Of a DNA stretch of 29,469 bases, positions 6,769 to 14,768 are shown one piece after another. Position 1 is the first letter of the stretch. The number at the start of each line of letters is the position of its first letter. Under the pieces are notes generated by a model. It had not been told where the DNA came from, ran no database searches, and saw only the letters and a program-made list of their open reading frames with translations. Source of the stretch: a virus (Duplodnaviria; Caudoviricetes); IMG/VR virus record IMGVR_UViG_3300006734_000027, positions 1-29,469 of that record. The stretch is one strand, 5' to 3'. The position numbers and the translations under genes were made by a program.

Positions 6769-9623
6769 TGGGGATCTACGCCGATTACGTCGATTCATAT
6801 AGTGACCTTATTGATGCGTATATCGATTCTGGTACGCCTGACTATGACGCGTATGTAAATAATTCGAGTGATCTTAGTCAAGCTTATGCCGCTTCAGGTA
6901 CACCAGACTACAGGTCGTATGTTTTATCGAATTGGGATTTAGAAGATCACTGGCAGAAAAACATAAAACCACAAGGAATTAGCCGAAAGGACTGGGGTGC
7001 ATCACACTGGAGTTCCACTGGATCAAGTGAAGGGCGCACACTTCCACGTACTTATTCACAAACAAAAGCAGAGTGGGGTGCATCACACTGGAGTGTCCAT
7101 GGTCAAAAAGAAGGTCGTGAGCTGCCCAGGACCTCTTCACAAACAAAAGACGAATGGGGCAGGGCTCATTGGGACAATAATGGACGTTATGAAGATCGCA
7201 TACTCCCAGGAGCCAAGTTATCGGTAGCCAGTGATGGCACGGTTTACATCGCGAGTAGCGATACGATTGGCGCACGCGCTCTTCGTTCTTATCAGAATTT
7301 AGTCGAGTCAGTAAACAATGCTTCGCCGGGAAGCTATAAAAGTCTTATGGAAGGCCTGCAGAGCGCCTTAGGGGATCTCAAGTTTAACGATTTAGTCAAT
7401 AACTATGGTATTGATACCATCTCTGCAGGCTATCAAAAAACAAAGGTTAATGCATGGGATGCCAAAACATTAGGCGCTCAGCCTCCTACTGGCGGTTTTA
7501 ATGCCGATTATTACCGTTTAAATACAGCAGGCGGAAGCACTGCATTGAGTGAATGGAATAATGCTCAATCCTCTGTCGATGTAGGGGGATACTATCTGCC
7601 TGATCTTGACATTACAGGAAGATACACAAGAGATGGATATTTGCACTGGCACTACACGACTCAAGGCAAGGCAGCGGGAGACCGTGGTAACGCAGCAGAA
7701 ACTGCAAAAATAGCAGAAGATTACACAGAATATTTGACTGATGCAGACTATCAAAGTTACAGGGATCAAGTCCTTGGCTTAGCAGATCGTTTCGATAATT
7801 TAAAAGATTGGGCAGACGCACAAGATCCAGAGGTATTGAAAGAATGGTATGACTCGCTTCCCTCATACCAAAAAAAAGAATATGACGCAGGCATATTAGC
7901 AGTGCCAACCCTTGATTTTATCCCTGAAAAACTAAGGGATAAAATCAAGATGTCAAAAGGAACCACGATTTTAGAAGGGAAACTGTCTAGTGTGCTCGGC
8001 GAAAAAGAGCAAGAACAACAAAAGATGTTTGGTGCGTTAACCAATGACTCGTTAAAACAAGCAGCACTGGAACTACAAAAGGTTAAGCTTCAAGAACAGC
8101 AGTTTGATTTTTATTCTGGTCTTCCAGGCTACGATGAAGTCATGACCGTGAATGAATCACTTGCCAACTCATTGCTTGCTGACACAGGTGTTGGCGGAAT
8201 CTTCGGTTGGGTGGGCGATTCGACAAAGCAGAAAGAAAGTCTAGAGAAAAGCTTGTTTGCCGCTACTGGTGTACCAAGCCGTAGTAATGCTATTTACAAC
8301 TGGCAAAAATGGTTTGATGAACAGTTATTGACCCGTTATGAGGATGGTATTGAAGTTGTAGATCCACTTGATGAAAATGTAACATATAGCATTGATGTTG
8401 AGTTTGCGCAAGATTATATCGATCGTTATTTAAAACCACGTTTCGATACTTCGCGATCCATGAGCGAATTCGTAAGTTACATGGACGTTAAACAAAATGA
8501 ACAGAATGTATTTCAAACACAGAGCGCTCTTGATTCATTGCGTGACATTGCAAACGTAAGAGCTAAAGCTTATTTGGATGGTGTCAAGAGTACTTCCGCT
8601 TTAAATTTTGATGTTGATTTCTACTGGAATCCACAAGGCAATTTTGTAGAAAATAATCCCAAAGTAGAGTTATATGAAAGACAAAAACAAGAACTAGCTG
8701 AAGATTGGGACATAGCTAAAACAAAAGGAGATACAGAAAAAGTAAAAGGGACCGATTGGACCTGGAATCAGTGGGCTTATTATTATGGCCTTAATTTAAA
8801 CGATAAGAATCAATTTGCAAAATTGCACTATCAAGTGAAAGGAGCTGCTGAAGGATTTGATCCAGCCAAAGATTTAATCACATTTAAAGATGCAGAAGAT
8901 TACATCGACAGTAAAATCTTACCTGAAATTACTGATGAAAAATTAAAAATCGGAGACATTGTTTTTTTAAATTTCGTGACTCCCGAAGAGTATGCCGACA
9001 AGCTTCTTGAGGGTATTAGTCCAGAAGGGCATAAAGAAGAATGGGACAAGCTTCTTGAGACCTTGGGCCTAAGTGATAAAGACATGGGTATTGCAGAGGT
9101 TAAGCAATACATTATTGAAGCCTTTCAAACAGGTGCCGCCAGGCAAATCAGAGAATCGATTAAGTACCTCAATGAGAAAAAGCTAACCCCTACACAAGAG
9201 CGCTTAGGCGTTGATTACATTGAACGTCCAGAAGACGAGGCTCCGATTGATGATCCGAATGCCTCTTCTCTTTATAAGATCTTTCAGAACGCAGGCTTCC
9301 AGGGTAGTGAGGATGAGTTCTATAACGAGTTTATGACTGACGTAGATCGAGGTGAGATGGAGCTTATGACCCAGGCTTCTAAGGGTTTGCAAGCCAGTAG
9401 TTTGTTCTCCGGCCTTTCTAGTTCCGATCCGTTTGAAGCCCTGGTATCGATAGAGAGTGTCTTTGATGATAAAAAGATGGATTCAAAGACGACTACCACA
9501 AAAGACAAATCTACGCCTAGTTATTTTACACTATTTGAAGACGATGAAGATACGGACTACAAGTCCAAGTCTGGTCAAAAAATCCTCGGTGAATTCACGA
9601 ACCTCTTCAAAGGATTTAGCTAA
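6768..9623 (+). CDS. Large (~951 aa) acidic protein with N-terminal repeats, putative virion protein
   Basis: Uninterrupted ORF translationally coupled on both sides; Y..YV....DL and WG..HW...G..EGR repeats. Confidence 0.8.
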   Translation: MGIYADYVDSYSDLIDAYIDSGTPDYDAYVNNSSDLSQAYAASGTPDYRSYVLSNWDLEDHWQKNIKPQGISRKDWGASHWSSTGSSEGRTLPRTYSQTKAEWGASHWSVHGQKEGRELPRTSSQTKDEWGRAHWDNNGRYEDRILPGAKLSVASDGTVYIASSDTIGARALRSYQNLVESVNNASPGSYKSLMEGLQSALGDLKFNDLVNNYGIDTISAGYQKTKVNAWDAKTLGAQPPTGGFNADYYRLNTAGGSTALSEWNNAQSSVDVGGYYLPDLDITGRYTRDGYLHWHYTTQGKAAGDRGNAAETAKIAEDYTEYLTDADYQSYRDQVLGLADRFDNLKDWADAQDPEVLKEWYDSLPSYQKKEYDAGILAVPTLDFIPEKLRDKIKMSKGTTILEGKLSSVLGEKEQEQQKMFGALTNDSLKQAALELQKVKLQEQQFDFYSGLPGYDEVMTVNESLANSLLADTGVGGIFGWVGDSTKQKESLEKSLFAATGVPSRSNAIYNWQKWFDEQLLTRYEDGIEVVDPLDENVTYSIDVEFAQDYIDRYLKPRFDTSRSMSEFVSYMDVKQNEQNVFQTQSALDSLRDIANVRAKAYLDGVKSTSALNFDVDFYWNPQGNFVENNPKVELYERQKQELAEDWDIAKTKGDTEKVKGTDWTWNQWAYYYGLNLNDKNQFAKLHYQVKGAAEGFDPAKDLITFKDAEDYIDSKILPEITDEKLKIGDIVFLNFVTPEEYADKLLEGISPEGHKEEWDKLLETLGLSDKDMGIAEVKQYIIEAFQTGAARQIRESIKYLNEKKLTPTQERLGVDYIERPEDEAPIDDPNASSLYKIFQNAGFQGSEDEFYNEFMTDVDRGEMELMTQASKGLQASSLFSGLSSSDPFEALVSIESVFDDKKMDSKTTTTKDKSTPSYFTLFEDDEDTDYKSKSGQKILGEFTNLFKGFS
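6778..7210 (+). repeat. Intragenic repeats: three 22-aa units followed by three 27-aa units
   Basis: Identical 21-mer TGGGGTGCATCACACTGGAGT at 6993 and 7074 (81-nt period); SGTPDY repeated at 22-aa spacing. Confidence 0.85.
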
Positions 9624-9922
9624 TGTCTGATAAACGTAAAAAAGCAGCCAAGGCTTCTAAGATTGCCAAGGATAAGATGGCTTGCAATAAACCTCAAAAA
9701 ACACCTGGTCATCCGACCAAAAGTCATGTGGTAAAAGCTTGCGAAGGAGGTGAGGAAAAGATCATTCGTTTTGGCCAGCAGGGCGTGAAGGGCGCTGGAA
9801 AGAACCCAACGACAGCTAAGGACAAAGCACGCAAGAAGTCCTATTACGCAAGACATAATGCTCAGGATCCTAACCCTGACAAAATGTCAGCACGGTACTG
9901 GAGTCACAAAACGAAGTGGTAA
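9623..9922 (+). CDS. Small basic hypothetical phage protein
   Basis: K-rich 99 aa with IIRFGQQG, RKKSYYARH and SARYWSH..KW motifs; TAATG coupling. Confidence 0.8.
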   Translation: MSDKRKKAAKASKIAKDKMACNKPQKTPGHPTKSHVVKACEGGEEKIIRFGQQGVKGAGKNPTTAKDKARKKSYYARHNAQDPNPDKMSARYWSHKTKW

Positions 9923-9933
9923 ATAGCATCAAG

Positions 9934-9942
9934 TGGTATAAT
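9934..9942 (+). promoter_or_regulatory. Extended -10 promoter for the HNH gene
   Basis: TGGTATAAT is a perfect TGnTATAAT, 20 nt upstream of the ATG at 9963. Confidence 0.65.
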
Positions 9943-9962
9943 ACTTGGGTTGCTTAAACCCA

Positions 9963-10388
9963 ATGGCCAACGCTAACAGTCGCTTTGTTTCTGTTAAATG
10001 TGAAATATGTCAGTGTGAAGGAAGCATACGCATTGATCAATACACTCGGAGAGAGGGTATTTGGAAATGTCGCTCATGTAATAAAAGAGGACAGATTCCA
10101 GTAAATAAAGGAAAAGGAGTAAAAAATAATCCTGACTTGTTGAGAACACGGTCTAGTTATTACAAAGCAAAATATCGCTGCAGAACAGGTCATAGAGGTT
10201 ACTACGTCAATGTTGAATTTCGTTTTACGTCTCTTCAACAACTGATTGATGAAATTGGCGTGAGACCGGAAGGCACAACGTTAGATCGCATTGACAACTT
10301 GGGACATTATGAGCCAGGTAATGTTCGCTGGGCAACACCCAAAGAACAAGCCAATAACAGGCGTGCCAAAAATTCAGTTTCTCGCTAA
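9963..10388 (+). CDS. HNH-type homing endonuclease with an N-terminal zinc ribbon
   Basis: CEIC...CRSC, then [34 protein letters not shown]; AT-rich. Confidence 0.85.
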   Translation: MANANSRFVSVKCEICQCEGSIRIDQYTRREGIWKCRSCNKRGQIPVNKGKGVKNNPDLLRTRSSYYKAKYRCRTGHRGYYVNVEFRFTSLQQLIDEIGVRPEGTTLDRIDNLGHYEPGNVRWATPKEQANNRRAKNSVSR

Positions 10389-10414
10389 GCTGCGTAGGCT
10401 GATTTCTTACCAGC

Positions 10415-10537
10415 ATGGCAAAACCCAAGTCCACTGCACTCCAGATTGAGTCTAAGCCTAAGAAAACGCGACAAGGCCGCTCTAAGCGCACTAAACTAAA
10501 GCCGGGGCAAAAACGTTATCGTGGTCAAGGCATGTAA
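10415..10537 (+). CDS. 40-aa highly basic protein
   Basis: MAKPKSTALQIESKPKKTRQGRSKRTKLKPGQKRYRGQGM*; the KKTRQG...KRYRGQG pattern resembles small basic cyanophage proteins; missed by the ORF track. Confidence 0.75.
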   Translation: MAKPKSTALQIESKPKKTRQGRSKRTKLKPGQKRYRGQGM

Positions 10538-10574
10538 ATAGTATGTATGATTGGGGATAACAATTGTTATTCCC

Positions 10575-11240
10575 ATGTCGGATCTTTCGCACGCTGTTAA
10601 CCTCATTCGTAAATACGAAGGGTTTAGCGAGAAAGCATACCCAGATCCGCACTCAGGCGGTGAGCCATACACCATCGGGTTTGGAACTCAGTTTTATCCC
10701 GATGGTTCTCCCGTCAAGCAAGGCCAGTGTTGTAGCCAAGAGAAAGCACTGGAATATTTGTTCCATGAAGTCAATGTCATCGATGGGCAGCTGATCAAAC
10801 TCAACCTTGGTTTGGATGACTACATGAGACAAGCTCTCGTGTCCTTCATCCATTCCATCGGTTGGGAACCTTTCCTCTACAGCCGCATCATTGATTGCTT
10901 AGAAATTGAAGACTTTGCTGGCGCCACAGAAGAAATCGGCCGTTGGATATTTGATCAAGAACACAAGGTCATTGGCGGCCTCTTAGACCGGCGCAGGGAA
11001 GAGATGAATCTGTTCCTCCAGGAGGTTGACGCTAATCCCTGGGCTTCAACAGAGATTTTGCTTACAGCCTTCCGTAACTACACTGCTGCTCCCCACGAGG
11101 TACGTGCAATTCGTGCCCTGGAAGAAAGCATTAGTCCTTACATCCTCTCGGAGTTTGCCAATACCTTCAAGATAGACGAGGACCCATTCCCTGATTTCCA
11201 ACTAGATGATGTAGATACCGAAGAGGAACGCTACACTTAA
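10575..11240 (+). CDS. Phage lysozyme (GH24) with a C-terminal extension
   Basis: IRKYEG..EKAYPDP..G..PYTIGFG, ALVSF..SIG, GLLDRRREE..LF motifs. Confidence 0.9.
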   Translation: MSDLSHAVNLIRKYEGFSEKAYPDPHSGGEPYTIGFGTQFYPDGSPVKQGQCCSQEKALEYLFHEVNVIDGQLIKLNLGLDDYMRQALVSFIHSIGWEPFLYSRIIDCLEIEDFAGATEEIGRWIFDQEHKVIGGLLDRRREEMNLFLQEVDANPWASTEILLTAFRNYTAAPHEVRAIRALEESISPYILSEFANTFKIDEDPFPDFQLDDVDTEEERYT

Positions 11241-11258
11241 AATAGTTGCAATACGTAC

Positions 11259-11558
11259 ATGCAGAGCGGAATGGAGCGTTCAAGCGAGCCAAGAGAGTTT
11301 GAGCTCCCCCTGGAACTGCAATTCGCTATGCGTAAAGCTGAGTTGCAATCAGAGGAGATGACCTGGGAGGAGCTGCGCTTTGCTCTTCTTAATCTCTACC
11401 ACCAACGCATGATGGAATGGTACGCCATCAAAGACATCATGGCGTCAGAGAACATCGAGATCGACTGGGATCATCCAACCGATCTCGAATTAGCTGAACT
11501 TGCAGCCGCCTGTGGTTATGACGACGACGATGATGACGATGAACTTCAGCCGTTCTGA
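11259..11558 (+). CDS. nblA: NblA-like phycobilisome degradation protein with an acidic tail
   Basis: LPLELQFAMRKAELQSEEMTWEELRFALLNLYHQRMM matches the NblA pattern LsLEQqF..R......Ms.Eq....L..Ly.QmM; alternative start at 11271. Confidence 0.6.
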   Translation: MQSGMERSSEPREFELPLELQFAMRKAELQSEEMTWEELRFALLNLYHQRMMEWYAIKDIMASENIEIDWDHPTDLELAELAAACGYDDDDDDDELQPF

Positions 11559-11644
11559 AGTATTTTATCCAGTTGAATAAGACGATCCAGGTACCACCTT
11601 GCCTTCTTCAGTGATTCTGTCCCGCCTTTATGGCGCTCACGCCA
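11546..11644 (-). pseudogene. Displaced original 3' end of the DUF3310 gene
   Basis: Reads WRERHKGGTESLKKARWYLDRLIQLDKILQNG*, a canonical DUF3310 C-terminus, starting 2 nt after the HNH stop. Confidence 0.9.
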
Positions 11645-12224
11645 CTTTAGGTGGCCCAGTTTTCTCCATTGCAGATCCTAGAAATGTGTTGAAACGATAC
11701 GCCATACATCTTGGAAAGCTCAAGAAGTTTAAAGCCCTTTTTTCGTTTATTCCTAATTTCTGAAACTTGTACAGAATTTAGCTTTGCAGTTCCATGGTTT
11801 TCACCACTTGTCTGTGTACCATGTTCTTTTTTGCGCCTGATATTTTCAAGAGGCGTTTCGTAACAAAGGTTTGAAAGGCGGTTGTCTGCATTGTTTCCAT
11901 TTAGATGGGAAACGTGTAACCCAACTGGACATTCTCCAGCAAAGGCAGCCATTACCTCTCTGTGTATATATACTCCTTTACTTTTCTTGTTTTTGTAGCT
12001 AAGTACTAAAACCTTGTATCCAGTTGGAGTCGTCGAGCCTTTTAGGATTCTGTTTGTTTTTTTATTTTTTACCCTGCCTAAGTCGGAGATTTCATACCGA
12101 GAATCTGATGGCAGGGGTTTCCAGGTTTCCTTGAATGTTGTTAGTACGTTTGTATTAGCCTCTTTAAATACCACTCGCATTTTTGCAGATCCTCTTTCGG
12201 ATTCCCTTTAAGATTACAACGCCA
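11645..12224 (-). mobile_element. Free-standing homing endonuclease cassette 2: replacement DUF3310 3' end plus NUMOD4-HNH gene
   Basis: Bounded by a 6-bp direct repeat TGGCGT (Trp-Arg; plus-strand ACGCCA at 11639-11644 and 12219-12224); AT-richer than its flanks. Confidence 0.85.
11647..12180 (-). CDS. NUMOD4-HNH homing endonuclease with a C-terminal HTH
   Basis: ETWKPLP...YEISDLGRVKN (NUMOD4); YIHREV..AF, VSHLNGNNADNRLSNL (HNH); GENHGTAKL...LSKMYGVSFQHISRI (HTH). Confidence 0.92.
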   Translation of the reverse strand: MRVVFKEANTNVLTTFKETWKPLPSDSRYEISDLGRVKNKKTNRILKGSTTPTGYKVLVLSYKNKKSKGVYIHREVMAAFAGECPVGLHVSHLNGNNADNRLSNLCYETPLENIRRKKEHGTQTSGENHGTAKLNSVQVSEIRNKRKKGFKLLELSKMYGVSFQHISRICNGENWAT

Positions 12225-12614
12225 AAGATACTTGGCGCAATTGCCTTTTAGGTAACCACGAAACTCCTCAAGAGTTTGCTGAGCCTCAATTGCCTCGATG
12301 CATTCGATTGAACCGCTATCCGTATAGTGTGATGGATGATTGACCTTGTCTTCCTGAATCACAGGAGGCTCTTCCTTGGTGGCCCAGGGGACTGGGCACA
12401 CACCACCAGGGCATTCACTTAGCGCATCAAGCCCCGTCGTTTTGCTGAAAGCATCAGTTCCTCCTCGTCCGGCTCCTCCAGTTCCAGGACCAGTGCTTTC
12501 GGTTTCGGAGAGGCTCCCATTGCTAAACCCTCCTCCATCGACGGGATTAAACCAGTCGTTCCGGGCCGTGTTCCCTCGAGATTCAATGGATTCCTTTCGA
12601 GTCCCTGCTCGCAT
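12141..12614 (-). CDS. DUF3310 domain protein; start uncertain
   Basis: DKVNHPSHY...IECIEAI...GYLKGN.AKYLWR...KG...EDLQK.EWYL.RL. Confidence 0.85.
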   Translation of the reverse strand: MRAGTRKESIESRGNTARNDWFNPVDGGGFSNGSLSETESTGPGTGGAGRGGTDAFSKTTGLDALSECPGGVCPVPWATKEEPPVIQEDKVNHPSHYTDSGSIECIEAIEAQQTLEEFRGYLKGNCAKYLWRCNLKGNPKEDLQKCEWYLKRLIQTY

Positions 12615-12763
12615 GCGACTAAACCCCTGTTGTACATGTCATACAATGGTACGTCATTTTCTTCGTTAGCGAGAGGTTGGCCGAAATCTTCTTCACTAAG
12701 ACAACGACACTTCAGCTCATCTTGAACGAAAGAATCTAAAAATCCGGCAGCGGAATGCATCAC
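12419..12763 (-). CDS. Hypothetical acidic protein
   Basis: 114-aa ORF with protein-like composition; divergent from the gene at 12800; overlaps the DUF3310 ORF by up to 196 nt. Confidence 0.65.
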   Translation of the reverse strand: MMHSAAGFLDSFVQDELKCRCLSEEDFGQPLANEENDVPLYDMYNRGLVACEQGLERNPLNLEGTRPGTTGLIPSMEEGLAMGASPKPKALVLELEEPDEEELMLSAKRRGLMR

Positions 12764-12799
12764 GGCGGTTAGTTGATTTACTGCTTCTACAATGATAAG

Positions 12800-13171
12800 A
12801 TGGCTAACCGTTTTAGACCTACTTACGATCCAGGTGTGGATTCTGGTACCTCTGGAGCCGAGGTAACAGATCTCAATCCGGAACAGGCGTACGACACAGA
12901 CCTTCGTCGTTTATCAGAAGACGCCCGTGGATCGGCTGAGTCCGTAAACAACGATCAGAACCGTGTCGCCAAATTCATGCGGGCCGCTAAATCTGCTGGT
13001 GCCTACAAGCAACGCGCAAGTATCGACGAACCAATGGTCCGTGGAAGAACACCAAGAGTTCGCGCAGAAATCAGTGGTGTAGAACTGCCAAGCACAGGGG
13101 ACTCAGGTGGGCGCACCGGTGCTGTTGGCTACGCCCGTAAACCTGCTTCCCAATTTGGCAAAGGGTTTTAG
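12800..13171 (+). CDS. Hypothetical protein
   Basis: MANRFRPTYDPG...; TACAAT at 12788-12793 just upstream; converges on dcd. Confidence 0.7.
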   Translation: MANRFRPTYDPGVDSGTSGAEVTDLNPEQAYDTDLRRLSEDARGSAESVNNDQNRVAKFMRAAKSAGAYKQRASIDEPMVRGRTPRVRAEISGVELPSTGDSGGRTGAVGYARKPASQFGKGF

Positions 13172-13755
13172 ACCTGGGAGAACACCACGTTGTTTGGCTG
13201 ATCTTGGTACTTACCCTTCCGATCTTGGTACGTGGTATGACAAGGGTTACCCCGATAGAACAGCAGTTGCGTGATCCCCTCATTTGCATAAATACGATTG
13301 AAGAGGGCAGTGCAATTACTAATCTCTAGCGTTAGGTAGCCTTCCCAGCCACTTTCAGCAGGCGTGATATTTACAAGGATCCCAGAACGTGCATAAGTAG
13401 ATTTACCTACGGCAACGACGGTGACATCACGAGGAAGCTTCAAACGTTCTTGTGCGACGCCCAGGCAATAGCCATACGGCGGTAGCAGAAAATACTGTCC
13501 ACGTTCATCCTCCAGGAGGTCAGCAGGCTTCAAGATGTCAGGATCAAAGTCTTTTGGATCACAATCTCCTGCCTGTACCTTGCCGAAAATCAGGCATTGC
13601 TTGGGAGAGAGTCGGATGTCATAGCCGTAAGAACTGAGACCATAACTCAGGAGCTTGCGTCCATCTTCCCTGTTGACCAGATGATCAACAAAAGGTGAAA
13701 TCATCTCTTCTTCTTCAGCAAGTTTTTTGATTTCCCAGTCGGCCAGGACGCTCAT
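13168..13755 (-). CDS. dcd: dCTP deaminase
   Basis: SYGLSSYGYDIRL, GKSTYARSG..VN.TP.E.GWEG.LTLEISN, IYANEGI.Q, Y.DRKGKYQ.Q. Confidence 0.97.
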   Translation of the reverse strand: MSVLADWEIKKLAEEEEMISPFVDHLVNREDGRKLLSYGLSSYGYDIRLSPKQCLIFGKVQAGDCDPKDFDPDILKPADLLEDERGQYFLLPPYGYCLGVAQERLKLPRDVTVVAVGKSTYARSGILVNITPAESGWEGYLTLEISNCTALFNRIYANEGITQLLFYRGNPCHTTYQDRKGKYQDQPNNVVFSQV

Positions 13756-13788
13756 AGACCCTTGTATTCGTCCTTCAGTATATCGGAG

Positions 13789-14385
13789 TTACAGAAGAAG
13801 ATGCCCGCGTTCTTCATAGATTTTCTGGAATGTGTCGACTGCATCAGATGAGCAATCTTGGGGCGGGAAGTAGACAATGAATGAAGTGCACGTCCTTTTC
13901 TTTTCAACTTCCCCGTTCTTATTGCAGAACAGGTGCGGCGGAGTCTTCAGGATGCACATCGGGAACTTAAAGATCTTTGGCTCGTAACGAATCATGTCAG
14001 GGCAGTTGCTAAAATACAGCCCCTGCTTAATCTCTCTTGCGAGCCACGCATGGTACATTCGTCTGAACCACACAGCATGTGAAGAGGTCAAAGACAAAGA
14101 AGAAGCCCTTGTCATCTTCCACTTCTCGTGCTTTTGGTCCCAGAAGTATGCGCCCGCTGGCGGGAACAAGTAACAACTTCCGTACCACTGCTGAGCATTT
14201 AAACCATCATCCATGGGCGTATAAAACTCTGTCGCCTGGACATACTCATTAGCAACTTTTGAGCTAGCGACATCCAGATCGATGCCACCCATCAGTTCAT
14301 TGGCTGCAAGTACGAGGTCTTTGCTGGAGATCAGTTCAGCGCCTTCATTGCGGGCTGCAACACCGCGAATTCCTTTGCCTGCCAT
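13789..14385 (-). CDS. Phage Dam-like DNA N6-adenine methyltransferase homolog with an atypical catalytic motif
   Basis: GGIDLDVASS..AN..V.A..FYT..DDGL...W.G..YLFPP; NPPY is replaced by FPPA. Confidence 0.7.
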   Translation of the reverse strand: MAGKGIRGVAARNEGAELISSKDLVLAANELMGGIDLDVASSKVANEYVQATEFYTPMDDGLNAQQWYGSCYLFPPAGAYFWDQKHEKWKMTRASSLSLTSSHAVWFRRMYHAWLAREIKQGLYFSNCPDMIRYEPKIFKFPMCILKTPPHLFCNKNGEVEKKRTCTSFIVYFPPQDCSSDAVDTFQKIYEERGHLLL

Positions 14386-14768
14386 TATTCTGATGCCTTG
14401 TTGTAATCAATCTCAAGAAAACGGATACCCTCGTCATCATTGATGACGTAACCCGCCTTCTCCGTTGGATCAATCTTTTGTGCAGCCTGCAGGATTCTTC
14501 GGAAAGTTTCTGCAAGATCTCCGTCATTACCACGCTCACACTCCTCCTGGGCAGCGTGAATCTCCTTGAGTGTCCAGAAGAACATAGACCGTTCTTTGTT
14601 CTTAGGCTGGAACACCATAACGCCTGGGCCTTCTACCTCCCACATCTTGCAGTACTGCTCACCCATGTCACCAAGGATTAACTTGATTGTGGCATCAAGC
14701 ATCTTGGCTTTTGTTTCGTCCAGATCCGGACCAATCACAGAAGCGATTAACTTTTCACGACGATCCAT
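14385..14768 (-). CDS. Hypothetical protein
   Basis: 127-aa ORF in a coupled minus-strand operon. Confidence 0.75.
   Translation of the reverse strand: MDRREKLIASVIGPDLDETKAKMLDATIKLILGDMGEQYCKMWEVEGPGVMVFQPKNKERSMFFWTLKEIHAAQEECERGNDGDLAETFRRILQAAQKIDPTEKAGYVINDDEGIRFLEIDYNKASE

Noticed and set aside
6993-7170. Direct repeats with an 81-nt period as a possible CRISPR array
   Set aside because: In-frame coding repeats with similar intervening sequence and no cas operon in the window.
11645-12224. Group I intron or intein explanation for the HNH insertions (also 1347-1946)
   Set aside because: The inserts are almost entirely coding, leaving no space for a ribozyme core; the nucleases are not in-frame fusions and lack intein termini; the target genes end at their own stops.
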